Origin: Methanocaldococcus sp. FS406-22 | GTDB taxonomy: Archaea; AGJL01; Methanococci; Methanococcales; Methanocaldococcaceae | Assembly: GCF_000025525.1 (NCBI RefSeq) | Contig: NC_013887.1 | Span: 1,626,871-1,658,870, forward strand | Length of the DNA stretch: 32,000 bases | Direction: 5' to 3' | Shown: in pieces, positions 17,014 through 26,193 of the stretch | How the letters are laid out: each line of letters starts with the position of its first letter | Position numbering within the stretch: the stretch's first letter is position 1 | Notes under the pieces: model-generated | What the model was told of the DNA's origin: nothing | Databases searched by the model: none | What the model saw: the letters and a program-made list of their open reading frames with translations, nothing else | Position numbers and translations under genes: made by a program

Positions 17014-18069
17014 ATGAAGTTTATAATAAAAACTCAAAAAGGTTTTGAAAACATTGTTGTAAATAATCTAAAAGAAATTATTGATAATTTTAATTATATC
17101 GTTTCTCCTGATGGTTATCAAGGGATTGTTATAGTTGAAAGCGATGAAGATATAGAAGATAAAATCTTGGAGATTCCTGAAGTTGAGAGGGTTTTAAAAG
17201 TTTATTTTGAGACAGAGACGGATTTTGATAAAATAGTTAATTTAGCTGAGAAGATTAAAGATTATATAAAAGAAGATGAAACTTTTGCTGTTGAAACTAA
17301 AAAAAGAGGAAAACATGATTTTAGCTCAACAGATATAAACATTGTGTTGGGAGCTAAGATTAAAGATTTAACAAATGCTTCAGTTGATTTAAACAATCCA
17401 GATAAGGTTGTTCATGTTGAGGTATTTAAGAATAAAACTTATGTATCAATAACTTCTGGAGAAAAATTCAAAAAATACACTAAAGAGAAGAGAAATGCAA
17501 GGGAGTTATTTAAAAAAGTTGTCATTGTGCAAATGCCATATTTAGGGGAGAAAATTGTCTGTAAAAGGTTTGGAGAGGCAATTGGAAGAGCAGCTCAGGG
17601 ATTTGAAGTTAAAGAGCTGATTATAGCACCAAAAGAAAAAGTTGATGCCTATGAGTTGATGGAGTTTATTAAAGGGGTTAAAATTGGGCAACATTCAAGA
17701 TATGAGATTCAAAAGAGGGCATATCCATTCGAGATTAAGTTAGTTCCAGTGACTGTTCAAGATTTATATCAGGTTGTTAGAGATAAGAGAAGAGATAATA
17801 GGTTGCTAATAATTACCGACCCAAAAGGAGATGAGTTATCAAAAATTAAGGATAAGTTAGCTTATGACTTAAGAAAAAAGAGAGAAATTATTGTATTTTG
17901 TGGTTCAAGGGAAGGTATTCCAAGGGGATTGTTTAGATTTGCAGATTATATAGTAGATTTAGCTCCTCATATGACCTTTGCTACTGAACATGCCATTCCT
18001 GCTGCTTTAATTGCACTATGGGGAGTTTATAGCCAATCTTCAAATCATGAAGATTTGAATAATGAATAG
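17014..18069 (+). CDS. THUMP domain fused to a SPOUT-like (alpha/beta knot) methyltransferase domain; predicted RNA methyltransferase
   Basis: The N-terminus has a THUMP-like pattern (TFAVETKKRGKHDFSSTDI...VDLNNPDKVVHVEV). The C-terminal IIVFCGSREGIPRGLFRFADYIVDLAP..TFATEHAIPAALIALWG resembles SPOUT motifs. Starts 2 nt after the upstream stop. Confidence 0.6.
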   Translation: MKFIIKTQKGFENIVVNNLKEIIDNFNYIVSPDGYQGIVIVESDEDIEDKILEIPEVERVLKVYFETETDFDKIVNLAEKIKDYIKEDETFAVETKKRGKHDFSSTDINIVLGAKIKDLTNASVDLNNPDKVVHVEVFKNKTYVSITSGEKFKKYTKEKRNARELFKKVVIVQMPYLGEKIVCKRFGEAIGRAAQGFEVKELIIAPKEKVDAYELMEFIKGVKIGQHSRYEIQKRAYPFEIKLVPVTVQDLYQVVRDKRRDNRLLIITDPKGDELSKIKDKLAYDLRKKREIIVFCGSREGIPRGLFRFADYIVDLAPHMTFATEHAIPAALIALWGVYSQSSNHEDLNNE

Positions 18070-18070
18070 A

Positions 18071-18095
18071 TATAGAAGCCCTTTGGGCTTCTATA
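18071..18095. repeat. Perfect palindrome TATAGAAGCC-ctttg-GGCTTCTATA immediately after the stop codon
   Basis: 10-bp perfect stem seen directly. It shares the TATAG...CTATA termini of element families A and B. Confidence 0.6.
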
Positions 18096-18235
18096 AATAC
18101 CTTTAAATGACATAAACATTTGAAAATTGACTAATAGTGGAGAAGACTCAGAAAATAGCTCTGAAGAAGAAAAAACAGAACTTAACTCAAATGATGAAGA
18201 GCTTTAATCTTTAAATTTTATTTTGATAGTTTGCA

Positions 18236-18292
18236 CTGCACCCACTATGGGGTGCAGTAAATATATACACCCTACCTACTTTGAGGTAGGGT
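18236..18292. repeat. Tandem GC-rich hairpins (family C-like architecture), candidate small RNA or repeat element
   Basis: CTGCACCC-6nt-GGGTGCAG (18236..18257) and ACCCTACCT-actttg-AGGTAGGGT (18269..18292), joined by a spacer containing TACACCC as in the 7323 element. Confidence 0.5.
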
Positions 18293-18395
18293 TTAAAAAA
18301 CAGTGATTAACTATCTTCATTTATCAATTTTTTATCTTATTTAAAATTTTTGGTTATAGCTCATAAAAATTTTTAATTGGACACTTCAGAATTAT

Positions 18396-19220
18396 TTAAA
18401 ACTTAATTTCATTCAATCCTAAAACATCAAATGTATTGTAGATGCCTTCTTTTTTGTCAGCAATAAATCTTATAGCCAAGATAACTCCATTTACAAATGC
18501 TTGTCTACTACTTGCTCTGTGAGTTAGCTCAATCCTCTCTCCATCTCCAGCAAAGATGACTGTATGGTCTCCTACAACATCTCCTCCTCTTAGTGCATGT
18601 ATCCCTATTTCTTCTTTCTTTCTCTCCCCAGTCATTCCATGCCTTCCATAAACAAAAACGCTCTCAATGCCTCTATTTGCCTTTATAATTTCAGCCGCTC
18701 TTAAGGCAGTTCCAGAAGGAGCATCTTTTTTATGTCTGTGGTGCATCTCTATAATTTCAATGTCATAATCTCCCAATTTCTTTGCCAAAAACTCTAAAGT
18801 TTTAAAGAATATATTAACCCCAATTGCAAAGTTTTGAGATATTACAGCAGCAACTTTATTTTCTTTTATCGCTTTTTCAATCTCTGCTTTTTGCTCTTCA
18901 GTGAAACCAGTAGTCCCAATAATTAGCTTAACTCCATTTTTAGCAGCTATTTTAACATTCTCAACACATGCATGGGCTATGGTAAAATCAACCAATACAT
19001 CTGGTTTTGTTTCTTTCAAAACTTTATCTAACTCATCTGCAGTTGATAATGGAACGCCAATTTTTCCAATGCCTATTAATTCTCCAACATCCTCTCCCTT
19101 TTTTGGATGATTTGGAACTTCAAAGGCACAAACAACTTTCATATCATCTTGCTGGCAGATAGTTTTAATTATATTGCTTCCCATTCTTCCCAAAGCTCCA
19201 GTAACTGCCACTTTAATCAT
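18396..19220 (-). CDS. dapB: 4-hydroxy-tetrahydrodipicolinate reductase
   Basis: N-terminal VAVTGALGRMG NAD(P) fold and the EMHHRHKKDAPSGTA signature. Confidence 0.93.
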   Translation of the reverse strand: MIKVAVTGALGRMGSNIIKTICQQDDMKVVCAFEVPNHPKKGEDVGELIGIGKIGVPLSTADELDKVLKETKPDVLVDFTIAHACVENVKIAAKNGVKLIIGTTGFTEEQKAEIEKAIKENKVAAVISQNFAIGVNIFFKTLEFLAKKLGDYDIEIIEMHHRHKKDAPSGTALRAAEIIKANRGIESVFVYGRHGMTGERKKEEIGIHALRGGDVVGDHTVIFAGDGERIELTHRASSRQAFVNGVILAIRFIADKKEGIYNTFDVLGLNEIKF

Positions 19221-19338
19221 ATCATCACCATAAAATTTTCTTAGATACTTTTTTTATTGCTTAATCATTTATAAATAGTTGATGTATATAAATGCTGTAG
19301 GCAAATTATTATAATCTACAAACAGCATTATAAATGGG

Positions 19339-20682
19339 ATGGTTATGTTTGTGAATAGAAAGGAGGAGCTTGAATTTCTTAATAGAAAATGGAAAGAGGA
19401 CAAAGCCAACCTAATAATCATCTATGGAAGGAGGAGAGTTGGAAAAACAATGCTTATAAAAAAATTCCTTGAGAATAAAAAAGGCATTTGTGTCTTGCTA
19501 ACCAATGACTCCATGAATGAAAATCTAAATGAGCTTAAAAAAGCATTTTCAAATTTAACTGGAAAGGAGTATTTTAAAAATTTAGATGTTGGTTTAGTGG
19601 AGCTTTTTAGATATTTAAGGGATGAGATTAAAGATGATAAGGTTGTTATAGCACTTGATGAATTTCAATACCTAATGCAATTAAATAAGGGAATTTTAAG
19701 CATCTTTCAAAAGATTTGGGATGAGATTTTGGCAGATACAAAAGTTTTTTTAATAATTTGTGGTTCAAGTATTGGAATGATGGAGAGTATCTTAGAGTAT
19801 AAAAGCCCTCTTTATGGAAGAAGGACTGGGCAGTGGAAATTAAACCCTTTTAATATTAGAGGAGTTAGGGAGATGTTTCTAAGGAAAAATTTTGAGGAGT
19901 TGGTTAAAATCTATGCTACATTTGGGGGAACTCCTTTTTATTTAGCTCAAGTTGATGAAAGTTTGAGTGTTGAAGAGAATATAAAACAAAAAATCCTTAG
20001 AAAGGGAGAATTACTGTATGAAGAGCCAGAGTTCTTGTTAAGGGAGGAACTTAGAGAGCCAAGGGTCTATAAGCTGATTTTGAAGTATATAGCCCTTGGC
20101 TATAACACCTTAGGAAAGCTTGCTGATGTTACTGGATTGGATAGGGGGAATCTGTCAAAGTATATTGAAACTCTGGAACGTCTTGACATTTTGGGCTATT
20201 GCCTCCCATATAAAAAGAGGAAGAGAGGGATTTATTACATCAAAGACAATTTTATAAACTTCTGGTTTAGGTTTGTCTATCCAAACATGGGAGATTTGGA
20301 AATTGGCAATGTAGATGATGTTTATAACAAAATCTTGGACTCTCTAAATGAATATTATGGAAAAATGTTTGAAAATCTTGTATTTGAGATGCTTAAACTT
20401 AAAATTATTGATTTTGGACAGAAAGAAGTAGCTAAGTGGTGGCATAAGGGGGAAGAGATTGATGTTTTAGCTTATAATGATGAGAAGATGATAGCCTTTG
20501 AAGTAAAATGGAAGGATTTGAGTTTTAAGGAGGCAAAAGGAATTTTGAAGGATTTAGAGAGAAAACTCAAAATGGTTGATTTTGATGGAGAAAAAGAGTG
20601 CTATGTTATAGCAAAGAGTATTGAACGGAAAGAAGAACTAAAAGCCCTTGATTTAAAAGATTTAGAGAGATTTATTTGTTAA
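19339..20682 (+). CDS. Archaeal AAA-type ATPase with a DUF234-like C-terminal (PD-(D/E)xK-like) domain
   Basis: [19 protein letters not shown] Walker A and VIALDEFQY Walker B. Central wHTH-like segment. C-terminal [19 protein letters not shown]. Confidence 0.75.
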   Translation: MVMFVNRKEELEFLNRKWKEDKANLIIIYGRRRVGKTMLIKKFLENKKGICVLLTNDSMNENLNELKKAFSNLTGKEYFKNLDVGLVELFRYLRDEIKDDKVVIALDEFQYLMQLNKGILSIFQKIWDEILADTKVFLIICGSSIGMMESILEYKSPLYGRRTGQWKLNPFNIRGVREMFLRKNFEELVKIYATFGGTPFYLAQVDESLSVEENIKQKILRKGELLYEEPEFLLREELREPRVYKLILKYIALGYNTLGKLADVTGLDRGNLSKYIETLERLDILGYCLPYKKRKRGIYYIKDNFINFWFRFVYPNMGDLEIGNVDDVYNKILDSLNEYYGKMFENLVFEMLKLKIIDFGQKEVAKWWHKGEEIDVLAYNDEKMIAFEVKWKDLSFKEAKGILKDLERKLKMVDFDGEKECYVIAKSIERKEELKALDLKDLERFIC

Positions 20683-20735
20683 TTTAAGCATCTTTTATGC
20701 TCCTCAATATCAAACTCAACTTCGTAATATTTGTT
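20679..20735 (-). pseudogene. Remnant duplicate of the 3' end of the adjacent 180-aa gene ([18 protein letters not shown])
   Basis: By my hand count, 39 of 50 aligned nt are identical between 20686..20735 and 20759..20808. It translates to a paralog of ...[20 protein letters not shown]. An in-frame TAA lies upstream. Confidence 0.6.
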
Positions 20736-20745
20736 TTATCGATAT

Positions 20746-21288
20746 TTAATTCTCACTTAGGCATCTTTTATGCTCTACTACATCAAAATCGATTTCATAA
20801 TATTTATAAATTTCATCTGCAAGGTTTTCAGCAAATTCTTTAGCTTTATCTTTGCTTTCAAACCCTAAAACCCAAATTCCCCACATCGTCTCCCAGTTAG
20901 AAGATAGCTTACAACTCTCTTTTATAGGATTTTTTCCATTAAATTTGTGGATAACTATTTTTTTGTTCTTCCAATCGATATATAGGGCATAGTTCTCTCC
21001 TTCTATTTTAACATTTTCAATATTCTCTCCATAAGCTTTATTTTTAACATTTCTCTCTAAGTAAGTTTTAATAAATTTATTTAATGGCAGTCTTGAGATT
21101 TTAACCCTAACATTTTTAAAAATCTCTTCTAAAGTTTCTTCAATCTCCTCTTCTTCAATCCAGTTTAGGGTTGTTGGGGTTAGAATGGTTATATATCTAT
21201 CTCCATCAATTTCTACATCTAAGATTTTTAAGTATTCATCAGAAATGCCAAACTGCCTTAATATCTTTATTAATTCTTCCATAATCAT
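20746..21288 (-). CDS. Hypothetical acidic protein, no recognised domain
   Basis: 180-aa ORF whose ATG overlaps the upstream stop (ATGA). Confidence 0.6.
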   Translation of the reverse strand: MIMEELIKILRQFGISDEYLKILDVEIDGDRYITILTPTTLNWIEEEEIEETLEEIFKNVRVKISRLPLNKFIKTYLERNVKNKAYGENIENVKIEGENYALYIDWKNKKIVIHKFNGKNPIKESCKLSSNWETMWGIWVLGFESKDKAKEFAENLADEIYKYYEIDFDVVEHKRCLSEN

Positions 21289-21755
21289 TCCTCTAACATT
21301 ATATATAGCTTTAAGAGTTTTTCAATAATCTCAAGCTTCTCAATGATGATTGCTATAAGTTGGTTGTGTCTATAGCTATAAAGCTCTTGCCTTAATATAT
21401 GCAAATAATGGAAAAACTTTAGCTTTAAATAGCTCTCTTTAAACTCCTCCCAATGTTCTTCATAGTGCTTTCCATGCTCTATCCTTGGAGATAATATATA
21501 GTCAGATGCATGCCTATAAAGCTTTAAATCCATTAAGAAGTTTCTAATCTTTTTGCTAAAATGGGCATATCTCTCCTTATTGTGCCAATCCTCAATGTTT
21601 TCTCTAATATAGAATTCAAATGCATTTAATAAATATAGCATCCCATAATAAAATCTCGACACAAAAGTCCTTAAATCAAATTCTTTTAATGCGTTAATAC
21701 AACTGTCTAAAAAATGAATGCACTCTTTTAAATAAGTGTTATTTAGGTTATGCAT
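21285..21755 (-). CDS. Helical protein, possibly HEPN-like
   Basis: [18 protein letters not shown] and LYRHASDY resemble the HEPN helix-2 and R-x4-Y/H motifs by eye. Start chosen at ATG 21755 after GGGTGATGGG (8-nt overlap with wecC); the alternative ATG is at 21776. Confidence 0.35.
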   Translation of the reverse strand: MHNLNNTYLKECIHFLDSCINALKEFDLRTFVSRFYYGMLYLLNAFEFYIRENIEDWHNKERYAHFSKKIRNFLMDLKLYRHASDYILSPRIEHGKHYEEHWEEFKESYLKLKFFHYLHILRQELYSYRHNQLIAIIIEKLEIIEKLLKLYIMLEE

Positions 21756-23025
21756 TCTTCCCATCACCCAAGACATAAACTTTAAAGCCCTCTTCCTCCC
21801 ACAAATCTCTCTTTAATATATTTTTAGTGTCAAGGATTAATTTATTGTTTACCTTTGAGGCAATCTTCTTTATATCCTCTTTATCAAAATTTCTGTATTC
21901 ATCATGTTCAGCTAATACCACAATAATATCCGCCCCATTAATAGCTTCCTCTAAACTATTTAAAGGATAAATAAAGTCTCTTGCATATTTATCATAGCAT
22001 TTAACTTCAAAACCTTCATCTATTAATTTACTAACAACCTTTTCAGCAGGACTCTCTCTTGTGTCATCAACATTTCCTTTATAAGTTACCCCAAATATAG
22101 CTATTTTTCCATTATCTTTTTTAATTATTTTTTTAATCTTCTCAACAACAAACAACGGCATGGAGTCGTTTAACTCTCTTGCAGTTCTTATAAGTTTGGC
22201 ATTTTTTGATTTTTCAACAATAAACCATGGGTCTATGCTTATACAATGCCCTCCTACTCCAGGCCCTGGTTTTAGAATATTTACTCTCGGGTGCTTATTA
22301 GCTAACTCTATAGCCTCCCAGACGTTGATGCCAATCTCCTCTGCAATCTTTGCAAACTCATTAGCTAGGGCAATATTAACATCCCTATATGTGTTTTCCA
22401 TTAACTTAACCATCTCTGCAGTTTTTGCATCAGTTAAATAAATCTTTCCAGTAACAAAGGTTTCATAAATCTCCTTAGCCATTTCAGCAGATTTTTCGTC
22501 AACTCCACCTATAACTCTGTCGTTCTCAACAAGCTCCTTCAATATATTTCCAGGCAGAACCCTCTCTGGACAGTGAGCTAAATAAATTTTTTTATCCTTT
22601 GAGAGTTTTTTGTAAATCTCATCTGTTGTTCCGGGAGGAATTGTGCTTTCTATAATAATTAAATTTCCATCTTCAAGACAGGGCTTTATGCTTTCAATAG
22701 CTTTATTTAGGTAATTTAAGTCACATTTCTTTTCTCCGTTGCATTCAATACAAGGAGTAGGAACGCAGATAATAAAAACATCCGCCTTTTCTGGCTTTGT
22801 TTGCACTTTTAAGTTTCCAGAATTTATGGCCCCTTTAACTAATGTCATTAAATCTTTTTCTGTTGTTTTAAAGCTTAGCTCTTTAATTTCCTTAACCCGT
22901 TTCTCGTTAATATCTACCCCAATAACATTAAATCCATGTATTGCTAACATTGAGGCAGTTGGTAATCCAATATATCCTAAACCAATTACACATATCTTCT
23001 TCCCATTACCATTTTTCTTTGCCAT
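21748..23025 (-). CDS. wecC: UDP-N-acetyl-D-mannosamine (nucleotide-sugar) 6-dehydrogenase
   Basis: [15 protein letters not shown] Rossmann motif and catalytic-Cys motif GGHCISIDP. Start chosen at [10 protein letters not shown] (23025) after GGGATAGG; the ORF-track extension to 23079 is unlikely. Confidence 0.85.
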   Translation of the reverse strand: MAKKNGNGKKICVIGLGYIGLPTASMLAIHGFNVIGVDINEKRVKEIKELSFKTTEKDLMTLVKGAINSGNLKVQTKPEKADVFIICVPTPCIECNGEKKCDLNYLNKAIESIKPCLEDGNLIIIESTIPPGTTDEIYKKLSKDKKIYLAHCPERVLPGNILKELVENDRVIGGVDEKSAEMAKEIYETFVTGKIYLTDAKTAEMVKLMENTYRDVNIALANEFAKIAEEIGINVWEAIELANKHPRVNILKPGPGVGGHCISIDPWFIVEKSKNAKLIRTARELNDSMPLFVVEKIKKIIKKDNGKIAIFGVTYKGNVDDTRESPAEKVVSKLIDEGFEVKCYDKYARDFIYPLNSLEEAINGADIIVVLAEHDEYRNFDKEDIKKIASKVNNKLILDTKNILKRDLWEEEGFKVYVLGDGKNA

Positions 23026-23142
23026 CCTATCCCAATTTAGTGTTTTAAGATTCTTTATAGCCAGAGTATATAACCACAAACTACAAAAACCTTAAGGTTA
23101 TAATTATCTCCACACCTATAAAATTATTTGTGAGGGATTGTC

Positions 23143-24330
23143 ATGGAAAGAATAGCTGTTTTGGCATACTCTGGAGGGTTAGATACAAGCTGTTGCTTAA
23201 AGTTATTGGAAGATAAGTATGGATATAAGGTAGTTTCTGTCTGTGTGGATGTTGGACAGCCAGAGGAGGAAATAAAGGAGGTTGAGGAAAAAGCTAAAAA
23301 ATTGGGAGTTTTAAAGCACTACACAATAGATGCAAAGGAGGAGTTTGTTAAAGATTACATATTTAGAGCTATAAAGGCAAATGCAATGTATGAAGGCTAC
23401 CCACTATCAACTGCTTTAGCAAGGCCTTTAATTGCTTATAAAGTTGTTGAAGTTGCCTTAAAAGAGGATGCTGAGGCAGTTGCTCATGGATGCACTGGAA
23501 AAGGTAACGACCAGTTTAGATTTGAAACAACCATAAGGATTAAAGCTCCACATCTAAAAATTATAGCTCCAATTAGAGATTTAAACTTAACAAGGGCTGA
23601 AGAGATTGAATATGCCAAAGAAAAAGGCATTCCAATTCCAACTGAAAGCAAAAAATATAGTATAGATGAAAACTTATGGGGTAGAAGTATTGAAGGTAGT
23701 GAATTGGAAGACCCTAACTTTGTTCCACCAGAAGAGATATATGCATGGACTAAAAATCCAGTTGAAGATAAAGAGGAGGAGATTGTTGAGATTGAGTTTA
23801 AAGAGGGAGTTCCAGTAGCTATAAATGGAGAGAAATTAAATCCTGTTGAATTAATAAAGAGAGCTAATGAGATTGCTGGAAAGCATGGTGTAGGAAGAAT
23901 AGATATTATTGAAGATAGAATTATTGGCTTAAAGTCAAGAGAAAACTATGAATGTCCAGGGGCTGTTTTATTATTAACTGCCCACAAGGCGTTAGAGCAA
24001 TTAGTTTTGACAAGGGATGAACTTAGATTTAAGGAGATTGTTGATAGTCTTTATGGAGAGCTAATCTATAAAGGATTGTGGTTTGACCCATTGAGGGAGG
24101 ATTTAGATGCCTTTATTGACAAAACACAAGAGAGAGTTACTGGAACTGTTAAGGTTAGGTTATTTGGTGGAACTGCAAGGGTTGTTGGTAGAGACAGCCC
24201 TTACGCTTTATACAGCAAAGAGATGGTTTCGTTTGATGAAAAAGAGATTGACCAAAAGGAGTTAGCTGGAATGGTTAAGTATCATGGATTACAGGCAATG
24301 TTGTATGAGATGAGAAAAAATAGGAAATAA
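23143..24330 (+). CDS. argG: Argininosuccinate synthase
   Basis: [11 protein letters not shown]-loop and full-length ArgG-like sequence. SD GAGGGAT. Confidence 0.95.
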   Translation: MERIAVLAYSGGLDTSCCLKLLEDKYGYKVVSVCVDVGQPEEEIKEVEEKAKKLGVLKHYTIDAKEEFVKDYIFRAIKANAMYEGYPLSTALARPLIAYKVVEVALKEDAEAVAHGCTGKGNDQFRFETTIRIKAPHLKIIAPIRDLNLTRAEEIEYAKEKGIPIPTESKKYSIDENLWGRSIEGSELEDPNFVPPEEIYAWTKNPVEDKEEEIVEIEFKEGVPVAINGEKLNPVELIKRANEIAGKHGVGRIDIIEDRIIGLKSRENYECPGAVLLLTAHKALEQLVLTRDELRFKEIVDSLYGELIYKGLWFDPLREDLDAFIDKTQERVTGTVKVRLFGGTARVVGRDSPYALYSKEMVSFDEKEIDQKELAGMVKYHGLQAMLYEMRKNRK

Positions 24331-24340
24331 AACTCTTTAA

Positions 24341-24973
24341 TTAAAATTTTTTATTTTTTATTTTTTTATTATGATTGTCTAAATGGATTAAAGAAGGCAT
24401 TACTGTTTTTTGATAGGTATATTTAGAGCTTTTCCTCTCTGAATAACCAACATCTGCTGGAGATAACAACTTGCTAAATATTAACTGCCCAATTCTCTGA
24501 TTTTTATATAAAATAACTGGCCTATCAAAAGCTACAATCTCCAAAGTTATCTTTCCCTTAAAACCAGCATCAATCCATCCAGCAGTTTGGTGGGAGGTTA
24601 AAAAAACTCTTCCTAAACTACTTCTACCTTGGTATTGGGCACATATATCATTTGGAAGCTCAATATACTCATTTGTTGTACCTAAAACTCCTCCTTCAAC
24701 AACGTAATCAACATCATATTTCTCTTTAAAATAGTTGATTTTTTCTTCAGTTAAATTGTAGTTTAGAGGGCAAACTAAAATAGAATTTTTTATCTTTATT
24801 CTTTTGTAATTTAGCTCTTTTGACAAATCATAAACTTCATCATCATAGATTATAAATTCATCTCCTAAGGTTACATCGTATGAGCAAGGCCCTACGAAGT
24901 CTTTGTTAAATGGCTCAATAATAATCCTTTTTGATGTAACATAGTCAATAATGTCTTTATCGCTTAGAATCAT
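24341..24973 (-). CDS. dcd: dCTP deaminase family (the M. jannaschii homolog is the bifunctional dCTP deaminase/dUTPase)
   Basis: MILSDKDI N-terminus, GWIDAGFKG motif and a size of about 200 aa. Confidence 0.9.
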   Translation of the reverse strand: MILSDKDIIDYVTSKRIIIEPFNKDFVGPCSYDVTLGDEFIIYDDEVYDLSKELNYKRIKIKNSILVCPLNYNLTEEKINYFKEKYDVDYVVEGGVLGTTNEYIELPNDICAQYQGRSSLGRVFLTSHQTAGWIDAGFKGKITLEIVAFDRPVILYKNQRIGQLIFSKLLSPADVGYSERKSSKYTYQKTVMPSLIHLDNHNKKIKNKKF

Positions 24974-25129
24974 AAGTTATCACCAAGAAGTATTTTATGG
25001 AGATTACATTTGTTTGGATATTAAACATAATATTAATTTTTAAATTTTCTTTATAATAATGTAACTATATATTTAAATATTTGGATGTTATTAGTAACAA
25101 AAAGAAATAAATAAACTTGGACATAATTA

Positions 25130-25366
25130 TTATGGATTAAGCTCATTAGTTACCTTACTTAGATTTCCTATAAACTTATTTGCTGTTTGATTTATAGTTT
25201 TTGTAAAGTTTTCAGACTGATTTCCAGCTGCTTTAGCAGCTGTTCCAACATTTTTTACATAGAAGTATGCGGCAATTATCGCAACTAATACAGCAGCTGC
25301 AACTAAAATACCAACTTCCATTGATAATTGCCCTTTCTTTGACAATAATTTCTTTAAAAGTTTCAT
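25130..25366 (-). CDS. Class III signal peptide (type IV pilin-like, DUF361/EppA-substrate type) small protein
   Basis: MKLLKKLLSKKG-QLSMEVGILVAAAVLVAIIAAYFYV: a basic leader, G at -1, Q at +1, E at +5, then a hydrophobic helix. SD GGGTGGAT lies before ATG 25366. Confidence 0.75.
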   Translation of the reverse strand: MKLLKKLLSKKGQLSMEVGILVAAAVLVAIIAAYFYVKNVGTAAKAAGNQSENFTKTINQTANKFIGNLSKVTNELNP

Positions 25367-25495
25367 CGTATCCACCCATTTATAGTTCGTTAATAATTTC
25401 CCGATGTTTTAATTATATGTTTTAAACCACACTTTATTATCTTAATATATTTGTTATATATACTTTTTGATTTCTTTGTATTACAGAGATAGTAG

Positions 25496-25741
25496 TTAAT
25501 CTACAAGTTTAACTGAATTATTTAATAATTTTATGTATTGAGATGACTTATTGTTGGTAACATTTATAAATTCTCTTGCCTTTTCTCCAGTTTTGTTCAT
25601 TTCATGACCTAAATCTTTTGCAGATAGTACAAAAAAATACGCCATAATTATAGCTACCAACGATGCTGAGCTTGCTAATATAATAATTTCCATTGATATC
25701 TGTCCTTTTCTGGACAGTGTTTTCTTTTTTATTGATTTCAT
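25496..25741 (-). CDS. Class III signal peptide (type IV pilin-like, DUF361/EppA-substrate type) small protein, paralog
   Basis: MKSIKKKTLSRKG-QISMEIIILASSASLVAIIMAYFFV. SD AGGGGAG upstream of ATG 25741. Confidence 0.75.
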   Translation of the reverse strand: MKSIKKKTLSRKGQISMEIIILASSASLVAIIMAYFFVLSAKDLGHEMNKTGEKAREFINVTNNKSSQYIKLLNNSVKLVD

Positions 25742-25761
25742 AATTGACAACTCCCCTAGCT

Positions 25762-25838
25762 ATTAACAAAATTAACATAACAAACACTAAAATAACATAA
25801 AATGCTTAATAACAAATCCAAAAAATTTAATAACAACA
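25762..25838. promoter_or_regulatory. Array of six (A/T)TAACA(A/T)A motifs between the wHTH gene and the first pilin-like gene
   Basis: TAACA occurs at 25764, 25773, 25778, 25793, 25810 and 25831 on the plus strand, with similar flanks. This is far more than expected in 80 nt. Confidence 0.4.
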
Positions 25839-25851
25839 TTTGGTAGTAAAA

Positions 25852-26130
25852 TTAAGATTCTATATTTTTTGATAATTGTAAAATTTCGTATATATAATTT
25901 TTGAATGCAACCCTGCCTTTCTTAGTAATTTTAACTATTGTTTTAATTTTACCTTTTATTATTGATTTTTTTATTTCTATAAATCCACTTTCTTCCAATT
26001 TCTTTAAATGATGCTCCAAATTACCATCAGTTAAATTTAATTTTTCTTTTAAATAGCTAAATTCACAGTATTCCAAACCATACAATAAAGCCAATATTTT
26101 AACCCTAACAACAGAGTTAAATATTTTCAT
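25852..26130 (-). CDS. Winged helix-turn-helix transcription regulator (ArsR-like)
   Basis: VRVKILALL...FSYLKEKLNLTDGNLEHHLKKLEESGFI...KKGRVAF is a typical wHTH. The ORF-track N-terminal extension to 26244 is low-complexity and contains promoter-like sequence. Confidence 0.7.
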   Translation of the reverse strand: MKIFNSVVRVKILALLYGLEYCEFSYLKEKLNLTDGNLEHHLKKLEESGFIEIKKSIIKGKIKTIVKITKKGRVAFKNYIYEILQLSKNIES

Positions 26131-26193
26131 AATTTCACTTTTCTTTACACATAACCAAATTTTATTTATTTTTTGTCCGAATTGATTCATTAG

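Noticed and set aside
18127-18207. Acidic mini-ORF (TTG)-TNSGEDSENSSEEEKTELNSNDEEL* in the long intergenic region, and an ATGATGA string at 18190
   Set aside because: No ATG or SD is present. It is possibly a decayed gene tail, but nothing here is homologous to it. The ATGATGA has no matching D/D' boxes, so it is not a C/D sRNA.
18901-19110. 69-aa plus-strand ORF
   Set aside because: Antisense shadow ORF inside dapB.
19292-19328. Imperfect inverted repeat ATGCTGTAG...CTAC(AAAC)AGCAT upstream of the ATPase gene
   Set aside because: The stem is only 9 bp, with a 4-nt bulge and an AT-rich loop. It is a weak candidate operator or 5' UTR hairpin, which is insufficient evidence.
22160-22441. 93-aa plus-strand ORF
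   Set aside because: Antisense shadow ORF inside the wecC-like gene.
23026-23079. N-terminal 18-aa extension of the wecC-like ORF
   Set aside because: The Rossmann motif begins right after [10 protein letters not shown], and that ATG has the SD-like GGGATAGG. The extension is probably non-coding.
22739-23095. 118-aa plus-strand ORF
   Set aside because: Antisense shadow ORF over the 5' part of the wecC-like gene.
25602-25787. 61-aa minus-strand ORF overlapping the pilin-like gene in another frame
   Set aside because: The pilin-like frame has an SD and a textbook class III signal peptide. This alternative frame has neither.
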